Source: an uncultured Spirochaetales bacterium (GTDB lineage: Bacteria; Spirochaetota; Spirochaetia; CAZPZF01). From it: DNA of 40,269 bases. A program made the position numbers and the translations under genes. The notes under the pieces are model-generated. The model was not told the origin of the DNA and made no database searches. It saw only the letters and a program-made list of their open reading frames with translations. Positions 24,338-32,917 of this stretch are shown here, piece after piece; position 1 is the stretch's first letter, and every line of letters starts with the position of its first letter. Location of the stretch: the NCBI GenBank assembly GCA_964590705.1, contig CAZPZF010000002.1:1-40269 (forward strand), read 5' to 3'.

Positions 24338-26935
24338 TTACTCGATCTTCCTTATGACATGGTTGCTGTAGTCGCAGACATAGAGGTTTTCGCCGTCGGT
24401 CGTGATCCCCTCGGGATTGTTGAAATACGCCGCGGTTCCGGTACCGTCCGCCCAGTCGCCAACCGTGTCCGCGCCCGCGATGGTATCGACCTCCCGGGAC
24501 GATATCTCGATGCTGCGTACCGTGTGGCTTCCGTTGGTATCGGTCACGTAGAGATACTCGCCGTCGCAGGTGATCATGTAGGGTCCCCTGAACCGGGCCG
24601 TCGTTCCCACGCCATCCGCGTGGGAGCTGGTTCCCTTGAGTCCGGCAAGGGTGCTCACCTCACCGGTCGAAAGGTCGACGGTCCTGATCGCGTAGTTGAC
24701 ACTGTCGCACACGTAGAGGAACAGCCCGTCCGTGGTGATTCCTTGGGGAGTGTTGAACTGGGCCTCAAGCCCGTCCCTGCTATCGGTGGTTCCCGCGATG
24801 CCCACCATACCCGCTATCGTGGTCACCTCCTGCGTGGCAAGGCTGATCTTCCGCACGATGTGGCTGGCGTCGGTCACATAGAGAAAAGCGCCGTCAGAGG
24901 TGATGCCGCGGGGAGAGTTGAACCTGGCCTCGCCGATCCCGTCCGCGCTTCCGGCTACCCCGGCCACGCCGGAGAAGGTTGAAACCTCCCAGGAATCGAT
25001 CTCGATTTTCCGGATGGTTTGGTTGCCGGTATCGCACACATACAGGGCGTCTCCCGCGATGGTTATGCCCGTGGGGGAGGAGAACCGGGCGGACGTGCCT
25101 GTGCCGTCGGTCGATCCGGAGGAGTTCGGCGCGCCCGAGATGGTCGTCACCGCTCCTGTGGCCGGATCGATCCTGCGGATCGTATGCCAGTGGTCAGTGG
25201 CGTAGAGATAGGTGCCGTCGGTCGTCATGCCGACAGGTACCTGGAGAAGGGCGCCGACGCCCGTACCGTTGCCGAACAGGTGTTCCCCGTGCGAGCCGGC
25301 AAAGGTGGTCGTCGCCTTGGTGGAGGTGTTCACCTTGCGGATCGCCGAGTTGTTCCGATCGACCACGTACAGGGTCGTACCGGAAATGGCCAGCCCTGAG
25401 GGTTCGTTGAACCGGGCAGCGGCGGCGGATCCGTCCGCGAAACCCGCGCCCAGGGAACCGGTCAGGGTGGTCACGGTGTAGGGCGACGTGGTGGTCATGG
25501 TCCTGATGGCGTCGTTCCCCGTTTCCACGATGTAGAGGGTGGTTCCGGAGAGGATGAGGTCGAAGGGATAGTTGAAACTGGCGCTTGTGCCTGCGGCGTC
25601 AATACGGGTCCTGTCATTGTACACGCCCGCGCGGGTCGTGACAGCGCCGGTGGCTATGACCACCTCGCGGATCGTGGAGGCGGAGTGGTCGGCGACCCAG
25701 AGAACCGTTCCGTCGGTGGCCAATCCCATGGGTTGGTCGAATTGACCGACACCCGCCGCGCCGTCAGTGGAACCCGGGCTGTCCGTGATACCGGCGAGGG
25801 TGGTCACCGCGAAGGTGCCGGTGAGGGTTATCTTCCGGATGAGGTGATTGTTCTGGTCCGCGACGAAGAGAGAGGCGGGAGAGCCAGTCACATATGCCAG
25901 TCCGTTCGGATTGTCGAAGCTCGCCAGGGTGCCTACCGCTTCGTTGCCGTTGCCGGTTGTGTTGGCGGTGCCCGCTATCAGATCCACGGTGTCAGCCGTG
26001 AGGCCGATCCGCGCGATCGTGTGACTACCAATACAGCTCACGTAGAGGTAGTCGGTCCCGTCCGTCGCCAAGCCAACGGGGCTGTTGAACTGAGCCGCGT
26101 CCCGGGTGGTGCCGTTCGTGCAGCCAGCGGTCCCGCTGCCCGCGAAAGTCGTCGCCTCTCCGGTCGACGTGTTGAGGCGGCGGATCCGGTGGTTGTTCGT
26201 ATCGGCTATATAGAGGTAGGTGCCGATGAGCACCGCGCGCTGGGGGTAGTTGAACAGGGCGCCCACGCCGGTCCCGTCGAAATGGTGGTTCCCAATTTCC
26301 GCGGAGCCGCAGAGGGTCGTCACGGTACCGCTCAGGGTGAGGGCACCCTCCTGGATGGAGCCGCCCGGATTCTGCGGAAGGAATTCAGCTGTCACCACCT
26401 TGTTCCCGTCCATGGTGAGGGTCTTGGGATTGGTGCTTCCCGTGGCGTCCCCGCTCCAACCGCTGAAGGCGTACCCGGAGGCGGGCGTCGCGGTCAGCGA
26501 TACCGAGCTGCCGCTCGCGTACGACGCGGAAACAGGGGAAACCGCGACGGTTCCGCTGTCGACCGGCGAGACGTTCACGGTCAGGCTGTAGGTGGCTGCT
26601 GGGATCTCCGTAAAGGTGGCCGTTACCGCCTTGTCCGCCGTCATTTCAACCGCGATCATTCCATAGCTGCCCCCGGCCGCGACATCGTCCACGGTCCAAG
26701 AGGAGAAAGAATATCCCTCGGCGGGCACCGCCGCGAGGATGACCGTCTCTCCCTCCTCGTATGTCGAGGTCTCGGAGGCGGCCGGTACCGCTGTCACCGT
26801 TCCCGCGGCTTCCGGGGTCACGGTCACCGTCAACATGTAGGTCACCGGCGGTTCCGGTTCGGGACAGCCCTGAACGAGGAATGCCGCGATGGCCGCCATG
26901 AGGATCGAAACAATCCGCAAGGTTCCGCTTTTCAT
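24338..26935 (-). CDS. large lipoprotein: two InlB-B-repeat-like Ig domains plus 12 NHL repeats (two predicted 6-bladed beta-propellers)
   Basis: Start taken at MKSGTLRIVSILMAAIAAFLVQGC (lipobox LVQGC; AGGAGAG Shine-Dalgarno sequence upstream of the ATG at 26935). Two units resemble YxLTVxVxPxxxGTV...GYxFSxW. I count twelve repeats of the form F(N/D)xPxG(L/I)xxDGxxLYVxDxxNHxIRKI. Confidence 0.85.
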   Translation of the reverse strand: MKSGTLRIVSILMAAIAAFLVQGCPEPEPPVTYMLTVTVTPEAAGTVTAVPAASETSTYEEGETVILAAVPAEGYSFSSWTVDDVAAGGSYGMIAVEMTADKAVTATFTEIPAATYSLTVNVSPVDSGTVAVSPVSASYASGSSVSLTATPASGYAFSGWSGDATGSTNPKTLTMDGNKVVTAEFLPQNPGGSIQEGALTLSGTVTTLCGSAEIGNHHFDGTGVGALFNYPQRAVLIGTYLYIADTNNHRIRRLNTSTGEATTFAGSGTAGCTNGTTRDAAQFNSPVGLATDGTDYLYVSCIGSHTIARIGLTADTVDLIAGTANTTGNGNEAVGTLASFDNPNGLAYVTGSPASLFVADQNNHLIRKITLTGTFAVTTLAGITDSPGSTDGAAGVGQFDQPMGLATDGTVLWVADHSASTIREVVIATGAVTTRAGVYNDRTRIDAAGTSASFNYPFDLILSGTTLYIVETGNDAIRTMTTTSPYTVTTLTGSLGAGFADGSAAAARFNEPSGLAISGTTLYVVDRNNSAIRKVNTSTKATTTFAGSHGEHLFGNGTGVGALLQVPVGMTTDGTYLYATDHWHTIRRIDPATGAVTTISGAPNSSGSTDGTGTSARFSSPTGITIAGDALYVCDTGNQTIRKIEIDSWEVSTFSGVAGVAGSADGIGEARFNSPRGITSDGAFLYVTDASHIVRKISLATQEVTTIAGMVGIAGTTDSRDGLEAQFNTPQGITTDGLFLYVCDSVNYAIRTVDLSTGEVSTLAGLKGTSSHADGVGTTARFRGPYMITCDGEYLYVTDTNGSHTVRSIEISSREVDTIAGADTVGDWADGTGTAAYFNNPEGITTDGENLYVCDYSNHVIRKIE

Positions 26936-27168
26936 TTTTACTCTCCTTGTCAAATCTCTGAGGCGTATATGGTTTGAAAAGGGGCCGTCGTTCCGAAGGC
27001 GGCCGCTCCGGGTTTTCTATGACAGATTCCATGCCAAGAGAGCGAAAGAGAACGTATTCACCAAGCAGAATATTTCTTTACCAGATATAAAATTGCTGGC
27101 GAGCTGACAGAAAGGGAATACAGCGCTTCCAAACCCGTCGGAAAACAGAGGCGGATCCATCTCTGATC

Positions 27169-27183
27169 GCGACATCGTGTCGC
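27169..27183. promoter_or_regulatory. 15-bp palindrome upstream of the sensor kinase gene
   Basis: GCGACA-tcg-TGTCGC, about 65 bp upstream of the ATG at 27247, in the divergent spacer. Confidence 0.25.
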
Positions 27184-27246
27184 TAAATGCGATAAAAAGC
27201 GTAAAAAGCCCTGTTTTCCTGCGGCCCGTGGTACATTACCAGTACC

Positions 27247-29301
27247 ATGCGAACCGGAACGCGCGGGCTCCTTATCCTGTGCCTCCTCTGCCTCTCCCTG
27301 CTCTGTGGGGGCGCGGATCTCCGGGCGGACAGCGGCCGGGAAGCCGAACCTTCACAACCGAGCTCTTCGGCCGCGGTATCCGAGGCCGGGCACGCCATGG
27401 ATCGGATGCTCCTCCTCGCGGACCGCGAGGGATCATATTCCCTGACGCCCTCGTTCCTATACCTGGAGGATCCATCCGGCGCCATAACCCTCGCGGAGGC
27501 GGTCGCAGCCGCCGAAGCCGGAGGCTTTACCGCCCCGCCGGAGGGGAAACCGTCCTTCGGTTACACCGGATCCGCCTACTGGGTCAGGTTCACAGCGGTA
27601 AACGGAACAGCGGACCAGGGATCGTGGATACTCCGGATAAACTACTCGTGGTTCCGGTCCGTTCGGCTCTATGCTCCCACCGCTGATGCGGGTTCCACGG
27701 CAGCAGCGGGCGCTGATACCGGATACACGATGCGGGAGACCGGGTATCGTATGCCGGTCTCCACCCGAGACATCAAGGCGAGGCAGTTCCTCTTCGACCT
27801 CTACATCCCGCCGGGAGAATCCAGAACCTATTACCTCCGTTTCTCGACAACGGACCTCATGATCCTGGACATGACCCTGTCATCATCCAGGGCATACCTT
27901 GCCGAGGACCATGAAAGCCAACTCTGGTACGGGATCTTCTTCGGGATACTCCTCATCATGGTTCTCTTCAACCTGTTGTTGTTTATCTTCCTCAAGGAAA
28001 AGAGCTACCTCTATTTTTCCTTGTTCATCTTCTTCGCCGTCGTCCACCTCCTGCAGGAGTCGTGTCTCTTCTACGAGTACCTTCACGCGCTTCCCGATTG
28101 GCTGAAATTCGAGCGGTATTTCATCTATCAGAGTGCCATGGTCTTTTTCGGAATCCTCTTCACCGTGAGCTTCCTCGATATTCGCCGGAAAATGCCGCTT
28201 ATCCACACGATCTGCGTCATCCTTGGAGCGTTCTGCGTGGCCACAATCCCGATGAACATCCTCCTCACCGACGCCATCCTCGAAGCGTTCTCCATGGCGC
28301 TCTGGATCACCGCGATCGCTGTCTCCATTCTCGCGGCCGCCATCACCATGGCCAGAAAAACAGGCTCGGCCCTCTTCTTCGCCGTCGGGTGGGGGCCATT
28401 CATCGTCGGAACCGTGCTCGCCGCGACGATCAATTCCGATTCGGTACTCATGTCACCCCATGACTTCGTGGACAGATACGGTCAGCTGGCGGGGATCTCC
28501 CTCTCCGCCCTCCTCTTCTCCGCCGCGCTCGCGGACCGGTACCGCGGCATCCGCAGGGAAAAGGAGATCGCCGCCGAGGTGAACCTCCGCCAGAAGGAGT
28601 TCTTCATCAACCTCGCCCATGAGACGAAAACACCGCTCACCCTCATCAGGAACTACCTGGACGAATACATTTCCGCTCACGGGACGACGCGGGAGCTCGC
28701 GGTGATCAAAGGCAACATCGACAAGCTGCTACAGGACATGGTCAACTTCTTCGACCTGCAGCGTCTCAGCATGGGTAAGGGGATATCGGGAGAATCGGTT
28801 GTCGTGAATCTTTCCGCGTATCTGCGGGAAAAACAGGATATTGCCGCCCAAACGGCTCGGATCAGCGGTCTTTCCCTGGCAGGAGACATACAGCCCGGGC
28901 TCCACGTACACGCGGATCCCCTTGCCCTCGAACGGATCGTGAACAACCTCCTGGAAAACGCCTTCAAATACAACCCTTCGGGCGGGCATGTCTCCCTCAC
29001 GCTTTCAGCGGGCTGTAAAAACGCCCGGCTGACCGTCACGGACGACGGTCCGGGGATACCGGAGGACAAGCTGGAGACGATCTTCGTCCCCTACTACCAG
29101 GTATCGGGCAAGAAGAAGAACATCCAGGGAATCGGCCTGGGTCTCGTGATCGCACGCGGTGCTGCGTGGGAGATGGGGGGGACATCCACGCGGCGAACAA
29201 CAGGGACGGCGGCTGCTCGTTCGTCGTTACCCTACCATTGCATCAGATCTCCCCAAGCGAACAAGCCCTCGAGATCAACCGTAAGGAGATGCGCCCGCTG
29301 A
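27247..29301 (+). CDS. 7TMR-DISM sensor histidine kinase; last ~40 codons of this ORF are out of frame (frameshift at the G7 tract 29175-29181)
   Basis: Signal peptide, then a 7TMR-DISMED2-like ectodomain (FGYTGSAYWVRFTAVN), 7 TM segments, H-box NLAHETKTPLTLI, N-box NNLLENAFKYN and G boxes DDGPGIP / GIGLGLVIARG. After ...AAWEMGG the reading becomes nonsense (TSTRRTTGTAAARSS...). Confidence 0.8.
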   Translation: MRTGTRGLLILCLLCLSLLCGGADLRADSGREAEPSQPSSSAAVSEAGHAMDRMLLLADREGSYSLTPSFLYLEDPSGAITLAEAVAAAEAGGFTAPPEGKPSFGYTGSAYWVRFTAVNGTADQGSWILRINYSWFRSVRLYAPTADAGSTAAAGADTGYTMRETGYRMPVSTRDIKARQFLFDLYIPPGESRTYYLRFSTTDLMILDMTLSSSRAYLAEDHESQLWYGIFFGILLIMVLFNLLLFIFLKEKSYLYFSLFIFFAVVHLLQESCLFYEYLHALPDWLKFERYFIYQSAMVFFGILFTVSFLDIRRKMPLIHTICVILGAFCVATIPMNILLTDAILEAFSMALWITAIAVSILAAAITMARKTGSALFFAVGWGPFIVGTVLAATINSDSVLMSPHDFVDRYGQLAGISLSALLFSAALADRYRGIRREKEIAAEVNLRQKEFFINLAHETKTPLTLIRNYLDEYISAHGTTRELAVIKGNIDKLLQDMVNFFDLQRLSMGKGISGESVVVNLSAYLREKQDIAAQTARISGLSLAGDIQPGLHVHADPLALERIVNNLLENAFKYNPSGGHVSLTLSAGCKNARLTVTDDGPGIPEDKLETIFVPYYQVSGKKKNIQGIGLGLVIARGAAWEMGGTSTRRTTGTAAARSSLPYHCIRSPQANKPSRSTVRRCAR

Positions 29302-30473
29302 CTGGACGTACAGCTGTGATTCCGGCAGCGGCTCCCGCCGCGCCCGGGAAGCAGGAGGAGGCGGCCGCGGACGGCTTCGCGGCCCAGGGCGCGGAACCCC
29401 TGAGCGTTCTCGTGGTCGAGGACAATCGGGATCTTCTCGAACTCCTGTGCCTGAAACTTGGCCGGTCATTCCTGGTCCACGCCGCGGCCAACGGAATCGA
29501 GGCTCTTCGCGTTCTGGAGAGCATAGCGCCTCCTGACGCGATCGTCTCGGATCTGATGATGGACGGAATGGACGGCATGGAGCTCTTCGACAAGTTGCGC
29601 GAGAACAAACGCTACAACGCCATCCCGTTCCTCTTCGTGACGGCCCGAAACGACGAAGGAGAGCGGGCGGCCAGCCTGGAAAAAGGGGAGATCGATTTCA
29701 TCTACAAGCCCTTCTCGATGGACGAGCTCCAGTCCAAGATAGAAGCCCTCCTCCGATACGGAGAGGCGAGAAGGAAGATCAACGAACGGGAAAAGGCGTC
29801 GGCGCTCGGCATGGCCCTTGGGGGGATCGCGCACGAAATATTCAATCCCCTGAGCGGGATAAGCGCTCCACTCTCGGCTTTGAAGAAGATCTTCTTCACG
29901 GCGGACAGGCCGCCGGGCTTCGAGATGAAAGCCGAGAAACACTTCCGCTTCATCGACGAAAACATCCTGCGTATCGAGAACGCGGTTACCGTCATGAAGA
30001 CCCTCGCCTCCGACCGCCAGTTCGACGAGGTTCCTCTCCCGATCGGGGAGATCGTTTCACGAGCGGCCGCCTCGGCGGGACTTTCCGAAGACGGCCCGGT
30101 CAGGCTCGTGACCCGGGTCGAAAAGGGAACGGAGATCCTGGGCGACCGGGAGGGGATCTATCAGGTGATGAGAAACCTTCTGGCCAACGCGCTTGACGCG
30201 ATTCCCGCGGAAGGGACCATAACAGTCGTGGTCGAAAACCATGACGGAAACGTCGTCATGACTGTTTCGGACACGGGCAGGGGAATCGGAAAGGGAGAGC
30301 TCGATCTGATCTTCGAGCCGTTTTATACGACCAAAGAGGGAAAGAGGGGAATGGGAATGGGATTGTTCATCGTGCGACAGCTGTGCCTGAAGATGTCCTG
30401 GAACATCTCGGTCGAATCGATGGAGGGGACGGGAACGGTGTTCACCATCAGCCAAAAGAGGACACTTGCATGA
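29166..30473 (+). CDS. frame-shifted continuation: end of HATPase 1, then a receiver domain and a second HisKA-HATPase kinase module
   Basis: This frame begins GDGGDIHAANNRDGGCSFVVTLPL (the missing HATPase_c end). REC follows (LVVEDNRDLLELL...IVSDLMMDGMDGMELF...FLFVTA...IYKPF). Next is H-box LGGIAHEIFNPL. Last come NLLANALDA / SDTGRGI / GMGMGLFIV. The TGA overlaps the next ATG. Confidence 0.8.
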   Translation: MGDGGDIHAANNRDGGCSFVVTLPLHQISPSEQALEINRKEMRPLTGRTAVIPAAAPAAPGKQEEAAADGFAAQGAEPLSVLVVEDNRDLLELLCLKLGRSFLVHAAANGIEALRVLESIAPPDAIVSDLMMDGMDGMELFDKLRENKRYNAIPFLFVTARNDEGERAASLEKGEIDFIYKPFSMDELQSKIEALLRYGEARRKINEREKASALGMALGGIAHEIFNPLSGISAPLSALKKIFFTADRPPGFEMKAEKHFRFIDENILRIENAVTVMKTLASDRQFDEVPLPIGEIVSRAAASAGLSEDGPVRLVTRVEKGTEILGDREGIYQVMRNLLANALDAIPAEGTITVVVENHDGNVVMTVSDTGRGIGKGELDLIFEPFYTTKEGKRGMGMGLFIVRQLCLKMSWNISVESMEGTGTVFTISQKRTLA

Positions 30474-31861
30474 ATGATTTCAACATCATGATCGTTGACG
30501 ACGAAGAAGCCATCCTGGAGGGAATCAAAGACACCCTGACGGAGTATCCGATCCGCACCTTCCGCAGTTCCCGCGCCGCGGAAACCGCGCTGGATTCCTC
30601 CTTCTACGACATCATCGTCGCCGACTACAAGATGCCGGATCTCTCCGGACTCGACTTCTTCATCAGGGCGAAGCAGAAGCGGGCGTACGATTACGGCATC
30701 CTCCTCACCGCGTACGCGGACAAGGAACTGCTGCGAACCTTCCTGAACCAGAACCTCATCCACAAGGTCGTCGAGAAACCCCTGCAGATAGACTATCTCA
30801 GATCCGTCCTGAACGAGGGGGTTTCCCACTGCTTACGGAGGAAACAGGACGAGCGGGAACTTCGGGAGCTTCAGGAGCGCTACGAGTCGATGCTTAAGAC
30901 GACCTGGTTCCTCAACGATCGGCTGATCGGAGCGGACAGGGGCCTCAAGGAGGTCGTGGGCAAGGCCGCGCAGATGGCCGCGACCACGGAGAACGTCCTC
31001 ATCACGGGAGAAACGGGAACCGGAAAAGAGGTCTTTGCCCGGGCGATCCATTCGATGGGGCCACGAAAGGACCAACCCTTCGTGAAAATAAACTGCGGGG
31101 CTATTCCGGAGACCCTGATCGAAGACGAGCTCTTCGGCCACATCAAGGGGGCCTATTCGGGAGCCTACACGGATAAACCCGGAAGAATCGAACTGGCGGA
31201 AAAGGGAACCCTCTTCCTCGACGAGATCGGCGAGCTCAAACCGGAACTCCAGACCCGCCTCCTCCAGGTGGTCCAGGAAAAACGGATCGAACGTATCGGA
31301 AGCACAAAGGCCACCCCTGTGGATTTCCGCCTCCTCAGCGCGACGAATCAGGATATCGAAACCATGCTTCGCACACGGAGGCTTCGTGAGGATCTCTATT
31401 ATAGGATCGCCACGTTCCATATCCATATTCCCCCGCTTCGGGAGCGGAAGAAGGACATTCCTCTTCTCATCGACTACCTCCTGGGCAAGTACCGGGATGA
31501 GTTCGGCAGAAAGGAGATCACCATGACCCAGGACGCGCTGGAAAAGATGCTCCTCTACGAATGGCCGGGCAACATCCGCGAGCTCGAGAGCGTGCTGAAG
31601 CGTGCCGTCAGCCTCCTCGACCGCACGAAGAGCGTGATAACGGAAAAGGATATCGTTCCCCTCGTCGTCACGGACAGAAGCGCGGAAGGGAACGATCCCT
31701 TCGAATGGGTCCTGGACGAGGTGCTCAGAACCGGTCAGGGCATCAAGGAGATCGAGAACCGGATCCTCCGGGGGCTCCTTTCCCGTTTCAACGGAAAAGT
31801 CTACGAGGCGTCACGGGCCACAGGGATCCCGAAGGACCGCTTCTACCGAAAAGTGAAATAG
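30470..31861 (+). CDS. NtrC-family sigma-54-dependent response regulator (REC-AAA+-Fis HTH)
   Basis: REC is MIVDDEEAIL...IIVADYKMPDLSG...VVEKP. AAA+ has GETGTGKE, LFLDEIGEL and WPGNIRELESV. The loop motif is GAYSGA (31148-31165). The C-terminal HTH is NGKVYEASRATGIPKDRFYRKVK. Confidence 0.9.
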   Translation: MNDFNIMIVDDEEAILEGIKDTLTEYPIRTFRSSRAAETALDSSFYDIIVADYKMPDLSGLDFFIRAKQKRAYDYGILLTAYADKELLRTFLNQNLIHKVVEKPLQIDYLRSVLNEGVSHCLRRKQDERELRELQERYESMLKTTWFLNDRLIGADRGLKEVVGKAAQMAATTENVLITGETGTGKEVFARAIHSMGPRKDQPFVKINCGAIPETLIEDELFGHIKGAYSGAYTDKPGRIELAEKGTLFLDEIGELKPELQTRLLQVVQEKRIERIGSTKATPVDFRLLSATNQDIETMLRTRRLREDLYYRIATFHIHIPPLRERKKDIPLLIDYLLGKYRDEFGRKEITMTQDALEKMLLYEWPGNIRELESVLKRAVSLLDRTKSVITEKDIVPLVVTDRSAEGNDPFEWVLDEVLRTGQGIKEIENRILRGLLSRFNGKVYEASRATGIPKDRFYRKVK

Positions 31862-31945
31862 GCGGGCAGCTCCCCGCCGGGAAGCGCAGCCCGGCCCGTC
31901 ATCGGGATATTCGCGCGGTTGCATTACGATACCGGCCGTGATACC

Positions 31946-32917
31946 ATGGAACCGGTGAAGAAATACATCCTGTTTATCGCGCGCATGGTCCTGACCGCCG
32001 TTGTACTCTCGGCGGTCATTACCGCCGTCATCGCCACGGTACTCTGGAGCCTCTCCCACAACCCCGCGTTCAGGGGTACGGGACCCACGTTCCTCGAGCT
32101 TGTCCCTCGGGCAGCGAAAACCGCGGCTCCATTTTCCGTCTTTCTCGCCGTCTTTCTCCTCTCCTATCTGACCTATCGAAAACTAAGGATCGTCCATTTC
32201 ATGTTGGCTCTTGTCCTCTCGTTCGCGATGGTAGGAGGATCGGTCATCGGCTTGACCTATCTGAAAACCGAAACGATCGAGAGCGGGCGGCACGCCGAAC
32301 CCTTCATCGGAACCTACATCCATCGGCTGGAGGGGAAAACCCTCTATATTGAATCCTCGGAGGGAAACGAGCTCAGGAGCGTCGTCGTGATCGACAGCGG
32401 CACCGAGGGGAAACGCTTCTCCTTCCAGCCTCGCGGAACGGTGGACCCCGGCGCCGGGGAGATCCGTTTTCCGGACGGCACGGTCGTTCCCGTCGAACCT
32501 GAAAACCCCCTGTTTTCACCATTGTTCACCGCACCACCGAGGGTATCCGCCCTCCTGGAAGATATCGGCTACCTCTCCCGCTCCCTGCACGAGACCTGGA
32601 CGGAATCCTTCTTCCTCTTCTGTCTGTACGCGGGATCCCTGTGCCTGTTCTGCGTGAGCTGTTCCCTCTTCTCCGCCATCACGAACTGGCCGATCGTCAA
32701 CCTGATCCTGATCCTCTGCTCGGCCCGGTTCTTCGTCTTTCTTCCCCGCTTCCTCTCCGGAGGCATGGCAAAGGCAATGTCGAAAACCCTGACCGGGGCC
32801 GAGCCCGGCACCACGCTCCTCGCCTCGATCTTCATCATCCTCTCGGTCCTTCTCATAGGATGGGATCTCCTGTTCGTGAACAAGGGCAGGGGCAGGAAGG
32901 AGAAAACCGATGGCTGA
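31946..32917 (+). CDS. membrane protein with 3 TM + soluble domain + 3 TM topology (LptF/LptG-like topology; speculative)
   Basis: Hydrophobic segments flank a ~110-aa beta-rich central segment (FIGTYIHRLEGKTLYIESSEGNELRSVVVIDSG...IRFPDGTVVPVEP). ATG at 31946 preferred over the TTG at 31919. I see no clear sequence motif, so the family call rests on topology only. Confidence 0.6.
   Translation: MEPVKKYILFIARMVLTAVVLSAVITAVIATVLWSLSHNPAFRGTGPTFLELVPRAAKTAAPFSVFLAVFLLSYLTYRKLRIVHFMLALVLSFAMVGGSVIGLTYLKTETIESGRHAEPFIGTYIHRLEGKTLYIESSEGNELRSVVVIDSGTEGKRFSFQPRGTVDPGAGEIRFPDGTVVPVEPENPLFSPLFTAPPRVSALLEDIGYLSRSLHETWTESFFLFCLYAGSLCLFCVSCSLFSAITNWPIVNLILILCSARFFVFLPRFLSGGMAKAMSKTLTGAEPGTTLLASIFIILSVLLIGWDLLFVNKGRGRKEKTDG

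Noticed and set aside
24341-26281. Regular ~130-bp periodic sequence similarity that could be mistaken for a repeat array or CRISPR.
   Set aside because: The periodicity is coding (12 NHL blades in one continuous ORF). The repeats are divergent at DNA level and there are no spacer-like unique units.
25685-26977. 430-aa plus-strand ORF antisense to the NHL lipoprotein gene. Similar antisense ORFs lie at 24326-24982, 25019-25399 and nearby.
   Set aside because: Same reasoning. It is Arg/Gly-rich and low complexity, while the opposite strand encodes clean NHL repeats with a signal peptide, a Shine-Dalgarno sequence and a terminator.
27025-27041. Minus-strand TTGGCATGGAATCTGTC upstream of the NHL gene, as a possible sigma-54 promoter.
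   Set aside because: The -12 position reads TGT rather than the nearly invariant GC.
28199-28207. Perfect DnaA box TTATCCACA inside the histidine kinase coding region.
   Set aside because: It is a single isolated 9-mer within a codon context (P-L-I-H-T). Roughly 0.3 chance occurrences are expected in 40 kb on both strands.
31861-31878. Hairpin GGCGGG-cagctc-CCCGCC right after the NtrC-type regulator stop, as a possible terminator.
   Set aside because: No U-tract follows, and the next genes continue on the same strand 85 nt later. It may only attenuate transcription. The evidence is too weak to annotate.
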